A DNA stretch of 64,000 nt, from positions 310,000,001 to 310,064,000 of the forward strand of contig OZ024743.1 in assembly GCA_964016885.1 (NCBI GenBank). Reading direction: 5' to 3'. Below the pieces are notes generated by a model that worked only from the letters and a program-made list of their open reading frames with translations, was not told where the DNA came from and did not search any database. Numbering within the stretch: position 1 is the first letter of the stretch; the number at the start of each line of letters is the position of its first letter. The stretch is from Eledone cirrhosa. Its lineage: Eukaryota. Position numbers and translations under genes: made by a program. This document shows positions 40,582 to 55,517 of this stretch, one piece after another.

Positions 40582-41353
40582 CATATATATACACATACAT
40601 ACACACACACATATATATATATATACATAAACAACACACACACACAGACACACATATATATATATACACACCCATATATGTATATATATATATATATATA
40701 TACGGGAATACAGGAAAATACCACTGAGTGAACACATTGATACCTGTGCCGCCCAAATCATCCCAACTTCAGAATCTCTCCCCTCTACAAATTTAAAGAT
40801 AATGCCACCCACACCCAGCGCATCAGCAAGGAATCTCACTTTATTAACAAATACGGACCCCGTCTAAACACTTCTCCCTAAGACGAACCCACAACATACA
40901 CACGTCAACATACATACCTACATCAGCATACATCCTACATACATCTCTATCCACATATAAACACAATGACATACGTAAACACACATGTTCTATGGTACAA
41001 CACAAATATACACAAATTTGTATACCTTTTGATGTCTATAGATATAAACGTGCCGACACACACACATACATATACGCACACATGCATTGCACACTGATGG
41101 GCACATACATGTTTGTACACAAGTATTCCAATACGGCAAGGCGTAATGGATTCCCCTTGCAGTACGTACAATCTGGACACTCACACACACCTTGGTATTA
41201 TGCCAATACTATATATCATTTCACACCTTTTATTATTACGGTTTTTGATGTTCTATTGAGAGAATCGTTTTTACTGAAAATATCGAATAATGTACACCAT
41301 TTTTACCAGTATCACAAAAATACTGGTCCACCCACACACACACATACACACAT

Positions 41354-41386
<33 letters not shown>

Positions 41387-41415
41387 TACACACGCGTACT
41401 CTAATATACAAAGAG

Positions 41416-41459
<44 letters not shown>

Positions 41460-42499
41460 CTCCGTATAAGACAAGAGCTGAAAAATATCTTTTAACGATA
41501 TTCAACACAACAAACAGCGGAGGACGCGTTTCGCACCTTTCCGACAGACAACCTTTCCCCCACCCCGGAAAAAAACCCCAGTTGATGGATGTGAATCCGA
41601 AATATATAGGGACAATTAAATCTCTCCCAAGGTAACTCTCTCTCGTGTTCTTATTTTTATTTTATCCTTTATACTCTTTCCTTCATTCTTCTACACGTCT
41701 TATACACACCACGCATCTCAACGTACACCCACTTACATATCCCTCTCTCCACCACCGGATCTTGTTACCCGGAGATTTACCCATTTGCATTGTCGAGGCT
41801 TCCAAACGACTTAAAGATATTTACCTATTATTCAACAATGCTTCAAGCAAACTTCAATAATCTTTTAACATGTTAAAATATTCCCCACACACGTACAGAC
41901 ACATTCCTACTGACCGATCCCTCTACTACGAATTACTCTGCTACACACACACACACACACACACACTTGTCTTAATAGGCATCTGAACTGTTGACCCGTC
42001 AATAAACTGCAATTCACACACACATGCCTACTGACCATTATCACAACAATGAACCTCTTTACTACTACTACACACACACACACATATTTGTCTTAAAAGA
42101 CTTATTTTTCAGTGACTTCTCAATCAGCCGAGACAAACCTACATTTGGCGCAAAATCAATTTTTAACATTCACATGAACTCTACTGACCAATCAAAATTG
42201 TTTTGACCACAAGAATTTTTGCAACACGAATTGGCGCGAAACTTATTTTAATACATCTGGAGCCACTTTTTTCACATAAAAAAGGTAGAATTTCCAAAAC
42301 TAATCAGATTAGAGCAAACATCACGGGCGCTCTATCTCAAAATTATTTTTGAAAAGCATTAACAATGCGCAAGCGGTAAAAACTTAAAACCAAAACTGAA
42401 TACTAACCAATACTATTACTAATTTTTACTTATTCCTAATTAAACTATTTTTCACTGGGAACAATTTGTCAGCATTTCCTTTTCCTTTTACCAATATAT

Positions 42500-42544
<45 letters not shown>

Positions 42545-42574
42545 TATACACACATACATACATATACATATACA

Positions 42575-43184
42575 TGGTGGCTGCTAAATCGTTTTCGAGT
42601 ACGGCCACTACTTTATATCCATGTAGGAGAACCCCTACCGATACGCTGAACGAGTGTGACTTTTTAGTCCAGCCAGAGACTTGAAAACTCTGGTACAAAC
42701 ACTACACCTGTGACAATTATTGATACATAGTGCTGGGCCCATGGTACCATGTGACGACAAGTGGAGAGAGATCTCCAGATATAAAGCAATGCCTGTGCCG
42801 TGAAGCTTTTATAGTGAGCAAAGGCACTGCACAAAGCCAGTCCCACTCTCTTAACCAAGATGATATTTACCAAAAAGAAGAACAAGTCAACATCATTGGA
42901 TACCATCAGGGTTGCAGGTGTTATATCAGAGTTTTTCCTTCTCCTAGAATTCTGCCTTGACAAAGGTTAAGGGGTAATATCTCCCGGTGATTTGGGATGG
43001 CCATTGACTCTTAAGAGCTCCTTTGCCCTTTAACAGGTTTTGTTTTTAGTCCTGCAGGATGTCCAAAGTCACCCTCCTCACCAAGAAACCTTGGTGGGGT
43101 TGCCAGTTTAGTCGCCAACGACCCGACCATGAGACAGGTTGTACTGGGATACATGTTACCAGTAGCACCAACTGGTGACCTGAC
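42575..43184 (-). mobile_element. Bipartite RTE-derived element, copy 3
   Basis: Homologous to 17667-18273; its right flank ((CATA)n) differs from copies 1 and 2. Confidence 0.85.
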
Positions 43185-43284
43185 ATACATACATACATAC
43201 ATACATACATACATACATACATACATACATACATACACGCATACACACACACACGCACACACACACACACACACACATACATAC

Positions 43285-43850
43285 ATAAAAATTGACCAAT
43301 AAAAATTGACCAATAAAAATTGACCAATTTACAGACAAAGTTGTGCATGGATACTTGAGGCTTAAAACACAGACCATAGTGGGGATAAATCACTCAAAAA
43401 GCCTGGCATGGAGTTCCGACAAGTTTATGACATCACACCTTGAGGGATATTTCTATGCAATTCAGGAACAAGAACTCCCTACCAAATATCTGCTGCACAA
43501 AAGAGAAGGGCCAGCAGCTAACAATAAATGTAGGCTATGTAAAACAAAGATCGAGGATGTAAGCCACATTGTTGCCAGCTGCGAAAGAATGTCATCTCGC
43601 TACTACCTCCCCATGAGGCACGATGGGATAGCTAGAACCATCTGGAACGCACTTCGGAAAACAAAATTAACAACAAACGAGGAAGAATATTTTGAGACAG
43701 ATGGCATTAAGGAATACTGGTGGAACCTGAAAATAAAAACTGCCACCAAATTAACGCACAACCGGCCTGATATTGTTGTTTGGGACCACACATTGAAAAC
43801 GTGTTCTGTTGTGGAGATCAGCTGCCCACTTGATGTAAACATTGTCAGAA
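43285..43850 (+). mobile_element. R4/Dong-like internal fragment (CCHC plus start of RLE)
   Basis: AIQEQ..CRLCKTKIEDVSHIVASC..MRHD..HNRPDIVVWD..VEISCP; truncated into microsatellite; 14 bp unit repeated three times at the 5' edge. Confidence 0.85.
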
Positions 43851-43945
43851 CATATACATACATACATACACACATACACATAAACACACAAGCATATACA
43901 TATATACACATATACACATACATAAACATATATATATATATATAT

Positions 43946-45620
43946 ACATTAAAAGGCAAAAAATAAGCATGAAAGCATATAATTAGGGGAAAGGGGTACT
44001 AATAAATGTTATTCTATACGGAATTATAATGAGTTGCTATTTAGAATATTTAATTAGGTTTATAGTATTTGATTAGGTTTATAGTATTTAATTAGGTTTA
44101 TAGTATTTAAATGTTTTTCGTATACGGTGATTACAGACTATGATCAATTCCTGTCTCTTATTTAATAAATCGTCCTTAGATTTAGTAATTTCCAAGATCT
44201 CTCCTGAACATAATCCGCATTCCCTCCTGTTTCCAAGATATGGTGTATTTTGTAGAATGGTGTTCCACGATAACTTAAAATCTATTTTTTTGTTTTTATA
44301 ATTATTTACCGCTTCAGCTAAAGATGTGGTGTTTGCTAGTTTAGTATTGTTGAAACTACTAAAGTGTGCGTAAAATCTTTTCTTAAATGTGTTTGATGTA
44401 GATCCTATATATGTTTTGTTGGAGTCTGTAGTAGACACAGTGCATTTATATACTACATTATTAATCAAACAGTTTCCATTTAAGGGGCAAATGTTATGGT
44501 ACAACGCACCCTTTCACCTGAAAATATTGGACAAATCGCCAACAAATTCTTTGAAATACTACATAAACATTTTCCACCAAACCACAGATACCACCAAATA
44601 TTTAACAAATATACTGTTAAATTCTCATACTCTATATCAAACAATCTCAAACAAAAAATAAGCAACTACAACATTTATAAACTTTAAAATAATATGACTA
44701 CACCACCGCAACATAATTTAAATAGGACTGCACCTTTTAAAAAGACAAATAATACAATCCTTCAACCTAGAAAACACAACCACCCAAATCACCAACACAA
44801 AAACAACAGAACAGAAAATTACAATACAACTCTAGCACCAAACCACCCACAAATCAACCTTCATTATCCTGCTATCATTAATTACAATAGGAATAGCTCA
44901 AGGATAAATGAGAATAGTATAGGGAGCCGTCAAAACCATCTTACGTATGGCTGTAATTGCAGAAATAGAAGCATTTTCCCCTTAAATGGAAACTGTTTGA
45001 TTAATAATGTAGTATATAAATGCACTGTGTCTATTACAGACTACAACAAAACATATATAAGATCTACATCAAAGACATTTAAGAAAAGATTTTTTGCACA
45101 CTTTAGTAGTTTCAACAATACTAAACTAGCAAACACCACATCTTTAGCTGAAGCGGTAAATAATTATAAAAACAAAAAAATAGATTTTAAGTTATCGTGG
45201 AACACCATTCTACAAAAAACTCCATATCTTGGGAACAGGAGGGAATGCGGATTATGTTCAGGAGAGATCTTGGAAATTACTAAATCTAAGGAAGATTTAT
45301 TAAATAAAAGACAGGAATTGATCATAGTCTGTAATCACCGTATACGAAAAACATTTAAATACTATAAACCTAATTAAATACTATAAACCTAATTAAATAT
45401 TCTAAATAGCAACTCACTATAATTCCGTGTAGAATAACATTTATTAGTACCTCTTTCCCCTAATTATATTATTTCATGTGCTTTTATATGCTTATTTTTG
45501 CCTTTTAATGTTTTAGCTTCCTTAGATTTATGCGTTAATGACTAAAGACAAGTTACACAGCCACCCGTAATTGGATGAGTGAAAATAAACATCTATGTAT
45601 GATATGGAAATATATTTATG
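43946..45620 (+). mobile_element. 5'-truncated Penelope-like (Naiad-type) element with inverted 3' copy (arms 43946-44493 / 44972-45511, tail to ~45620)
   Basis: WYNAPF..NIG..KFFEILHKHFP..IFN..TVKFSYS linker; GIY-YIG domain (CNC..PLNGNC..VVYKC..YIGST..FKKRF..H..CGLC..E..CNHR) on both strands (44694-45377 plus, 44088-44504 minus). Confidence 0.9.
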
Positions 45621-45632
45621 TGTGTATATATT

Positions 45633-45738
<106 letters not shown>

Positions 45739-46007
45739 GTTTATGTATGTGTATATGTGTATATATGTATATGCTTGTGTGTGTATGTGTGTATGTATGT
45801 ATGTATGTATATGTATGTATATGTATGTATGTATATGTATGTATGTATATGTAAAACAAAAAAAAACAAAAAAAAAACTCAAAATAACAAAACACACACG
45901 CACACAACACAACAACAACATCAACTGCCACCACCACCACCGCCGCCACCACCGCCGCCATCACCATCACCAGCGACCGGGCCTTAAGAAAACAACTTTA
46001 ATAATAA

Positions 46008-46157
46008 TTTTTCTGCTTTTGGCACGGATCCAGCGACTGGCCCAGCGCATCACTGGTACTCTCTTTTGTTGACTCCGTGGGGATGAAAGGCAAGGTTGAC
46101 CTCGGCGGGATTTAAGCTCAGAGCGTGGAGAGCCATAACTCTATGCTGCAAAGCAAT
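46008..46157 (-). mobile_element. SINE fragment
   Basis: ggatgaaaggcaaggttgacctcggcgggattt and taactctatgct shared with 55518-55687. Confidence 0.75.
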
Positions 46158-46258
46158 TATAATAATACTGGACTGTAATACGATCGGCTTCAACTATACA
46201 AACTCTTGAAAGTCAACAGTTGACATAATCTTGTAATCTTGTATCAGTAATGACGGTA

Positions 46259-46304
<46 letters not shown>

Positions 46305-46397
46305 AAGTGACTAGCGTGTGTGTGCGCGCATATGTATGCGCGTGTGTGTATGTCGTACGTATAAGTGTCAATAAGTGAGTTTTTTTGTTTTTTTTTT

Positions 46398-49300
46398 GCG
46401 CGGGGACATAGAAATAATCGGGCTGGATGCCCGATCGCGCAGTTAAACCACTGGGAGTGAAGAGCCCCTAGCCCTTGTCAGGGCATTCTTCTAGGAGAAG
46501 GTATCTCAGGAAACTGGGTTAACTCCGACATAAAACCTGCGGCTCAGTAGTTACCGATGATGTTGATCTTTTCTTCTTTTCGGGTTATAGCTACTGTCGC
46601 TCAGAGAGTGGGATTGGCTCAGTGCACAGTCTTTCCTCACTTTAAAAATATTTGTCACGCACAGGCATTGCACGAGTGCATTAATAATTATTAATAGTGT
46701 ACTATTATTATTATTATTATTATTACTATTATTATTATTACTTTTTTTTGTTTTTTCTTTTTTTTTTCCAATTCAATGATGTTCCAGAACAATATAAAAG
46801 AGATAATTGGCAATTTAGGTTCTGGAACAAAAAAGATAATTGGCAATAAGGGCAGGGGCCCCAGGTTATCACAGCCTGGGCCCGCTCGTCATCGTGCCAT
46901 TGTAATAGAGCCAAACAAGGCATTTAGTCTTGGCTGCTGGAAGGTACGGACGCTGCTTGACAGGTATTCCTTGGAGCATCCTGAACGAAGGACCGCTCTT
47001 GTTGCAAAGGAGCTTCGACGTTACGATCTTGAGATCGTGGCTTTATCTGAGACGAGGTTAGCTGGAGATGGTCATCTTACAGAATTTTGTGGAGAATATA
47101 CATTCTTCTGGAAAGGAAGAGATGAAGGAACCAGAAGAGAGGCTGGGGTAGGATTTGCTGTTAAGACTGTACTTGTAAATAAATTATAAGAATTCCCAGT
47201 AGGGATTAGTGAGCGTCTTATGTCCATGAGAGTTCCGCTGGACAAAGGAAGATATGCTACCCTCGTGAGTGTGTATGCTCCAACTATGAATTCTGTCGAT
47301 GAAGAAAAAGTGTCCTCTTACCATGACTTGAAAGGTGTTTTAAGAAATATCCCTCAGGCAGACAAAGTCATCGTGCTTGGTGATTTTAATGCTAGAGTGG
47401 GTAGGGATTTTAACACATGGAATATAATCGGAAGGCATGGGGTGGGAAAGTGTAACAACAATGGTATGCTCCTGCTGCAGATGTGTGAGGAGCTGGATCT
47501 GTGTGTTACCAACACCATGTTCCAACAAAAGAACAAATTCAAGACCACATGGATGCATCCTGCATCTAAGGAATGGCATCTTTTGGACTACGTCCTAGTC
47601 AGGATGCGTGACAGACAGGATGTGCAGTGTGTTCGTGTTCTTCGTGGAGCTGAGTGCTGGACGGACCACTGTCTTGTACGCGCCAAAGTGAAACTAATCA
47701 CTAAACGTAAAATCCGGGCTCCTGGTGTTGCCCTGCCCAAAAGATTGAATGCTGCTCGTCTTAAGGATAAAAATGTGAAGAGGACATTGGAAGAAGAGAT
47801 GCAGGCTGCAGATCTTGGTGAGGATTGGCCGACCCTTAAAAAGTCGGTTTATGATGTAGGCAGGCGTGTTCTGGGATTGGTGCAGAGAAAACATCAGGAC
47901 TGGTTTAATGAGAATGATGTACATATAGAAGACTTGTTGGCTGATAAGAGGCGTGCTCTGTCACGCTACTTGACGGCAAAACCACAGGAGAGGAATACGT
48001 TGCATGAGGAACTCAGGGATGTAAAATCACGTGTTAAGCGGAGTCTTTCTCAGATGAAGGATCAGTGGTGGAGTGAGAAGGCTGGTGAGATACAAACTGC
48101 GTCTGATTCCAATAACACAAAGCTGTTGTACAGTCTCTTGCGTGAGATTTATGGACCGTATTCTTCTCTGGTGACACCGCTTCGCAGCAAAGCTGGCAAA
48201 GAACTTCTTCGTGACTCACAAGGAATTCTACGAAGGTGGCGAGAGCACTTTGATGATCTTTTGAATCAGCCGTCTGTCGTTAGTGAAGATTTCCTCAATC
48301 TCATTCCAGAAAGTCCTGTGAAAGTAGCTCTCGCAGAACCTCCGACGCTTGTGGAGGTTGCAGTGGCTATTTCGAAGCTGAACAGTGGAAGATCTCCAGG
48401 TATGGATGGCATACATGCTGAGCTCCTACAATATGGTGGTGAGAGACTCCTGCAACATCTTCACTCTTTGTTTGGCAGGATATGGGCTAATGAATCCGTA
48501 CCTGAGGACTGGAGAGATACAGTAATGGTGGTCTTGTACAAGGGAAAGGGTAACAGGAATGATTGTGGGAACTACAGAGGTATATCATTGCTTTCTGTCG
48601 TAGGGAAAGTTTTATGTAGAGTGCTTCTGGACCGTCTGCTGACACACATTGCAGATTGTGTTCTTCCTGAAAGTCAATCTGATTTTCGTGCTGGACGCGG
48701 CACTACTGATATGATCTTCTCAGCTAGACAGCTCCAGGAGAAGTGCATGGAACAAGGCTTGGATCTGTATCAGGTTTTTGTCGATCTGACAAAAGCTTTC
48801 GATACTGTTAACAGAGATGCATTATGGAAGGTTCTCCAGAAACTTGGTTGCCCTGATAAGTTCCTTGCTTTAGTTAAGTCTTTCCATGACGACATGAAGG
48901 CTTGGGTTAATGTCGGAGGTAACATGTCGGAGCCTATCTCAGTAAAAAATGGAGTGAAACAGGGGGATATTCCAGCACTGACCCTGTTTGCCCTATACTT
49001 TGCAATGGTTTTCTGTATTGCATTCAGGAATTGCGAGCATGGTGCTTACATCCGATATCGAACCTCAGGCAGCATATTTAACATCAGGCGCTTTGCTGCG
49101 AAGACAAAAGTATTTACATCAATCATAAGAGACCTCTTGTATGCAGATGATTGCGATCTTGTAGCGCACACAGAGAGTGATATGCAGCACATTTTGAATG
49201 CATTTTCTGACGCTTGCACTGCCCTAGGTTTGACTGTCAGTCTCAAGAAAACCGTCGTCATGTACCAACCTACCCCTGGTAAGCAGTACACTGAACCAAA

Positions 49301-50640
49301 CATCTATGTGTATGGCAAACGACTTGGAGTGGTTGATCAGTTTGTCTACCTGGGAAGCACTGTCAATCGATACAGCAACCTTGACAGTGAAATCTCACTT
49401 AGGATTAGGAAAGCAAGTGATGCTTTCGGAAAGCTAGAAAGGCGACTCTGGGGTCGGCGAGACATATGCAGGAGGACAAAGGTAAAGGTGTACAGGGCAT
49501 GTGTGCTCTCTTGTCTTCTTTACGCCTGCGAGACCTGGGTCACATATCGACACCACCTTAAGCAATTGGAGCGTTTCCATCAGATGTGTCTCAGAAGGAT
49601 CCATGGCGTTCACTGGAGGGACCACATCAGTGATATCGAGATTTTGGAAAGCTCTATGTGTGACAGTATAGAAGCTCTTGTGCTTAAGCAACGACTCCGT
49701 TGGAGTGGTCACCTTGCGAGGATGAAGGATTCTAGAATACCAAAACAACTCTTTTATGGAGAGTTGGTTAAAGGAAAACGACCGCCACATAAACCAAAAA
49801 AAGGTATAAGGATTCCTTGAAAGCCTCTCTGAAAGACGCTAACATCTCTGCTGATACATGGGAAAATATTGCTGCTGATCGTAATAAATGGAGAAAGACT
49901 GTATATGAGGGAAAGGTTGCCTTTGAGGCATCTCGAATCGCATACGAGAAAGTAAAGCGGGATGTGAGGAAGGGCATTGCTGTTGCACTTCCAGACGGCG
50001 AGGGTCCTCCTATGGTGCTGACATGCAGCGTCTGTGCGAGACTCTGCCTAAGCAAAGCTGGACTCAAAAGTCATCTTCGCAGTCATAAAGTAAGACCAGT
50101 GGTTGACTACCAGGCTGCTGTTGGAGATGCTACTCATCATGCTTGCCAAACATGTGGTAGAGAATGTAAATCAGCAGGAGGGCTCAAGCGACATGCAAAA
50201 GTACACGAACTCCAACCACAGCCGACTATTCCCGGTGAATGTTTTGGTTGCCGACTCTGTGCAAGACATTTTAGATCATTGGCTGGGCTAAAAAGCCACA
50301 TTCGATCGCAGCGCTGTTAGTTGCTATCGTGTGTGTGTGTGTGTGTGTGTAGATATGCTTATGTGTGTGCTTGTATGTGTATATATATATGTATATGTAT
50401 ATTATTATTGTTGTTATTATTATTATTATTATTGTTATTAATGTATGTGTGTGTGTGTATGTGTATGTATGTCTGTATATATATGTATATATATGTATAT
50501 ATATATATATGTATGTGTATATGTATATATATATATATTTCTTTTTTTTTTATTTTTATTTTATTTTTTATTTATTTATTAATTGTTTTTTATTCTCCTC
50601 GTGCAGTGGCCCTACTCGATAACGAGGGGGCAGCCATCAT
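46398..50640 (+). mobile_element. Near full-length RTE-clade LINE
   Basis: 5'UTR; single APE-RT ORF; 3'UTR with microsatellites; terminal stem-loop CTCG ataa CGAG..GGCAGCC followed by (TATATG)-like repeats. Confidence 0.93.
46776..50320 (+). pseudogene. RTE ORF (APE endonuclease, reverse transcriptase, three C2H2-type fingers) with one in-frame TAA (47187-47189) and one -1 frameshift in an A-run (~49796-49802)
   Basis: ALSETR, SVYAPT, GDFNARVG, TDH; DLTKAFDTV, GVKQG, YADD, YLGS; ORFs 46776 and 47220 are in the same frame; KPKK/RYKDSLK needs one extra A. Confidence 0.92.
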
Positions 50641-50669
50641 GTATATGTATATGTATGTATGTGTGTATA

Positions 50670-50732
<63 letters not shown>

Positions 50733-50879
50733 GTGTGTATGTATATGTGTATATATATATATGTGTGTTTGTATGTGTATGTATATATATATATATATAT
50801 ATGTATATATGTGTTTGTGTGTGTGTATATGTGAGTATAGATGTATGAATTTTTATATATGAGTATGAGCACATGTAAG

Positions 50880-51101
50880 AAGAGAGTACATATGCTCACA
50901 CAGGGGTGTATATATATATAAATATACGTGTATGTGTGTGTGTGTGTGTGTTGTATATGTATATATATATATATGTGTGCATGTATGTGTATATATATGT
51001 ATATATGTGTATATGTGTATGTATATATGTATGTATGTATGTATGTGTGTGTCTATATGTATGTACATGTATATATGTATGTGTGTATGTGTGTGTGTGA
51101 G

Positions 51102-51136
<35 letters not shown>

Positions 51137-52021
51137 ATATGTGTATGTATCTGTATATGTATATGTATATATGGAGATATAGATGCGTATGTGTGGATAT
51201 AGATATATATGGATATGTATATATATGATTATATGCATCGTGTGGATGTGTATTTAGGTTTGCATCTATTTGCACGTATGTATATTTTGGTTAGATATCA
51301 ATATAACTGTACCTCTCTCTATATATAGTGTGGATATATGCACTTTGTAGACTATGAAATTTATGTGTTTTAACTATGCCAAATGTACTTATCTGAGTTT
51401 GATTGTTTATGCATAATTAGTAATATTTTAGAGCGGATAATATGTTATATTATACTGAGTGCAATTTACCACACCGTACTATAATTTTCATCTTTTAATA
51501 TACTATCTTTCCTAGCCATAACACTAATTTATATTCACCTTAAAACCCAATACAACACTAATCACCATTTATTTTGAGATTCCTTTTAAATTCTCTATAC
51601 AAGATACATTCAGCTATCATTCTCTATACAAGATACATTCAGCTAATAGATTTTTATGCCATTTCTACTAGCACCCTTCAACCATTCCTTTCAAAGGGCC
51701 ATGACCTCAACTAAAGTGTATTACTTTTCATCTTAACACCATATGAAAAAAACAATTTGATTTGTTAGTTCTTCAACTACCTCCAAATATGGACATGATA
51801 CTAATTCTGAGTAAAATTATTATTAAATAAAATTATTATTGCTTTTGAAAACAACTGGTGATATGCATGTAAGTAAATATTCTCTCTATCTGATAGTTTG
51901 TAAACTTACATAGATCAATAACTGAGTATAGATACAATGTATTATCACCATCTAGAAACGATCGTAAAACAGTGAAGTATATCTCTAATGACTTGATTTG
52001 TTATTTCATTGTTTCAACTTA
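50880..52021 (+). mobile_element. Repeat family E, independent diverged copy (hammerhead-like motif at 51838-51973; lacks tail)
   Basis: Reverse complement homologue of 27030-28260. Confidence 0.7.
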
Positions 52022-52038
52022 TATATATATATACACAC

Positions 52039-52102
<64 letters not shown>

Positions 52103-52502
52103 AACATATATGTATGTATATATGTGTCTATATACCTATATGTAAATATTTATATGCGGAGAGTGATTGATAGATAGAATGAGAGAGTGCGTGATATGTC
52201 ATGAAAGTGAAAGTGAAATTGGGTCGACGGAATCTGATATTGCCTTAGGATTATATTAAGATTGGAAATATCTTTTGATTGTTATTTATCCGATTACAGT
52301 AGAATTCAAAAGGTAGATCCAACAATCAAACAAGTAGAGCAGTTGTTCTTGAAAACAACGAAACATTAGACCACGTATATCATTTGTCTATATATATATA
52401 AATACACACACACTCACACACACATGTATATATATATATTTCAAAGATATATATACAGGCATATATGCATATATACACATATATACACAGACACTCACAC
52501 AC

Positions 52503-52618
<116 letters not shown>

Positions 52619-52855
52619 ACTGTATGTATTCTTGTGTGCTGGAATCCGATAAAGCCGATTTTATATATATTTGCTATTTAATGAAGGAAGATAATGTCAA
52701 GTAATACTACTTGTTATTAAGATAAAGTAGTAAATTATCCATAAAATCTGGTCTGGGAGATCTAATAAGCAGACATTTAAAAAGTCTTCAAAGCAGCGGA
52801 ATAGATATTTTAAAAAATACTTTAAACACACACACACACACAAACACACACACAA

Positions 52856-53234
<379 letters not shown>

Positions 53235-53235
<1 letters not shown>

Positions 53236-55505
53236 TTATTGTTCACGTTCAGGACCACCAACTTACCGTCCGGGTCCCGGAAAATCGACCATACCTCGAG
53301 ATCCAGGCCTTTCCTAAACAGCACTGCCACCTCACCTCCCATTCCCGGTCGACTAACAGATACGAAGATCTGATAGTCGTCGAAAATGGGGGCTAGTGCG
53401 TTCGTCTCGGAAATCCTGGTCTTGCTGACTGCAATTTTATCGTTTCTAGAGATCTGAGTTCGTTGACCAGGTGACTCTGCTTCCAGGGCGACCCCAGGCT
53501 TTGAGGGTTTAAACTTACTACTCTTAATATGACCATATTTGCAGGATAAATGAGAGAGGAAAGGTTTACTTATCTCCCGGGCTCTTGTGAAGGTCGGGTG
53601 TTTTGACCTCCATAGTTGGTTGGGTTTCTTTTGGAAACCCCTTTAAAAGTCTTGATGTGGGTTTTATGTTCGGGGTTCCCACATCCCGAGGAAAGCTGTC
53701 TGGAATCCCTTTGTAGAAATCGACCGGCACGCGAAACCTGCTCGTTTTAAAATTTCCCCCTCTGTTTGTATTTCTTTACTGCGTGCTACGAGGGCCATCA
53801 ATTCCTTGTTGGCTCTTCTGACAGGCACGAAGTTTTTAATGTTTCGTTGGTCTATGTTTGTGTGACTGTGGTGGTGATGGTTTTGATGGTGTTTTTTCGG
53901 TTGTATCTGTGTTTGTTGTGAGTGCTGTGTGTGGTTTCAGATGTTTGTGTGTGTATTTGCTCTTGCGTTTGTTTAGTTTGTTTGCGTTTGGGGGATTCTG
54001 GTGATTGTGGTGGTGGTGTTGGTGTTGTTGGGGAGATGTTTGCGAGAGTGGTGCCTGCATTTTTTATTGTGGGTGTTTTTGTGCTTTGTGGAGATTTTTT
54101 CTTATTGTGTTTTCTTTTTTGTATTTTGGGGAATTTTTGTTTTCCCTCATCTTCACTACTGGTAGATGAGGGATCTGTGTCTGTAAGTGTGTCTGTGTTT
54201 ATGTTTTTATTGATGTGTGTATTGGGGGGGGGGGGGATTTGACAACTTTCCTCGTTTCCCTCCTTTGTGGTGTTTCTATAGGTGTAGTTGCTGGTGGTTT
54301 TGCCTGTGCTTGTGTTGGTGGGGGTACTCGACCCGGCGTCGACAGCAGTGGTGCCCTTCGAAATTTTGCATCTTTCAGCAGTTGAGGGCAGAAGGCTTGC
54401 AAATTGGGTTTTTTCCCCGCAAACAAAACAATGCGGCTTTTTAACCTTCAGTCATAATGTGAATTACTGTCCCCTTCTGAAGACGGATGTGGTCTGGGAT
54501 TGCTTTGACATTCTCCGGCCTGATCTGGAGAAGTATCTCCATGTCAATCCCGGACCAGTCCTCTCTAGCAGTTCTTGTAACTTCTATCGGGGCGGTATCC
54601 ATCCCCTTCACAATCACGCATCCCAAAAGTCACCACATGTCAAGTCCTGGTGGGATCCTAGGAATCCGGAAACGAGCTGTTCGTTTTCCCATGTGGGAGG
54701 GGTATATTATGACCGTGTTGGTTTTGTAAAGTGTCATAGCATGTTTCATAGCAAGGGCTTCTGATTTAAACAGCACCGAAATGGTGCCGTATTGTCATCT
54801 GCCCGTCTATATATATTCGGTGTCATCCTTGATGCACCTCAGCGCGACTTCAACATCTGCTTGTGTAATTAAAGTTGTCCTCTTGGTTTTTGCTGATATG
54901 CATCTGTAATGCACTGCTTCACTACTTCAATAGCTTCTACCGGGACAGTTAAGTTTGCCCAGGTTTGCTCTTGCTTGATGAGCTTCCAGACCTGGGCCAA
55001 CTTTTCATCTTTATTCCAGAGTTCCTTGTTGAAGCATGGACTCATTTGGGTTGCCGCCAGAGCGAAAGTATTGTTGTTGTTGTCGTTGGTGCTGTTGGTG
55101 TTGTTGTTGGTGTTGTTGTTGTCGTTGTTCATGTTGGTGTTATTGTTGCAGCTGTCGTTGTTGCTGCTGTTATTGATGTTGTCATTTTTGTTGGTGTCGT
55201 TTTTGTTGTTGATGCTGCTGTTGGCGATATTGCCTAATGTGGTGTTGGTTTTCATATTTGCTGTGGGAGGGGCAGCGTTATTCGCCTCAACGTTTAAACC
55301 GCTGTCAAAGGAAGTTGGGCGGGGGGAGGGTGTATCTACCATATTTTGTTTTTGTTTTTTTTTCGAGAAAAATTATATTTTAAATAAAGTTCAAAATTAT
55401 ATTCAAATTATATTTTAAATAAAGTTCAAAAATTTACAATAAATGATTTATGACAGGTAAATAAAGAGACTTACGGGAGCGATCAAAACGACGTCCGATC
55501 ACACC
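53235..55505 (-). mobile_element. Tx1-clade copy C: 5'UTR, broken ORF1 and start of ORF2 APE; 3'-truncated
   Basis: ORF1 from 55342 shares EKLAQ.WK...QEQTWANLTVP with copy A; ORF2 starts ~53537 and includes GGEVAVLFRKGLDLEV..DPDGKLVVL. Confidence 0.88.
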
Positions 55506-55517
55506 AATAATAATAAT

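Noticed and set aside
44050-44108. 19 bp unit repeated three times (also 14 bp x3 at 43285-43328)
   Set aside because: Simple slippage tandem repeats without unique spacers; not CRISPR-like.
45545-45600. CTAAAGA..GAAA in the Naiad tail; also TTGACGA-AGCTT/AAGCT at ~17088-17120
   Set aside because: Cores and stems too degenerate to call as hammerheads.
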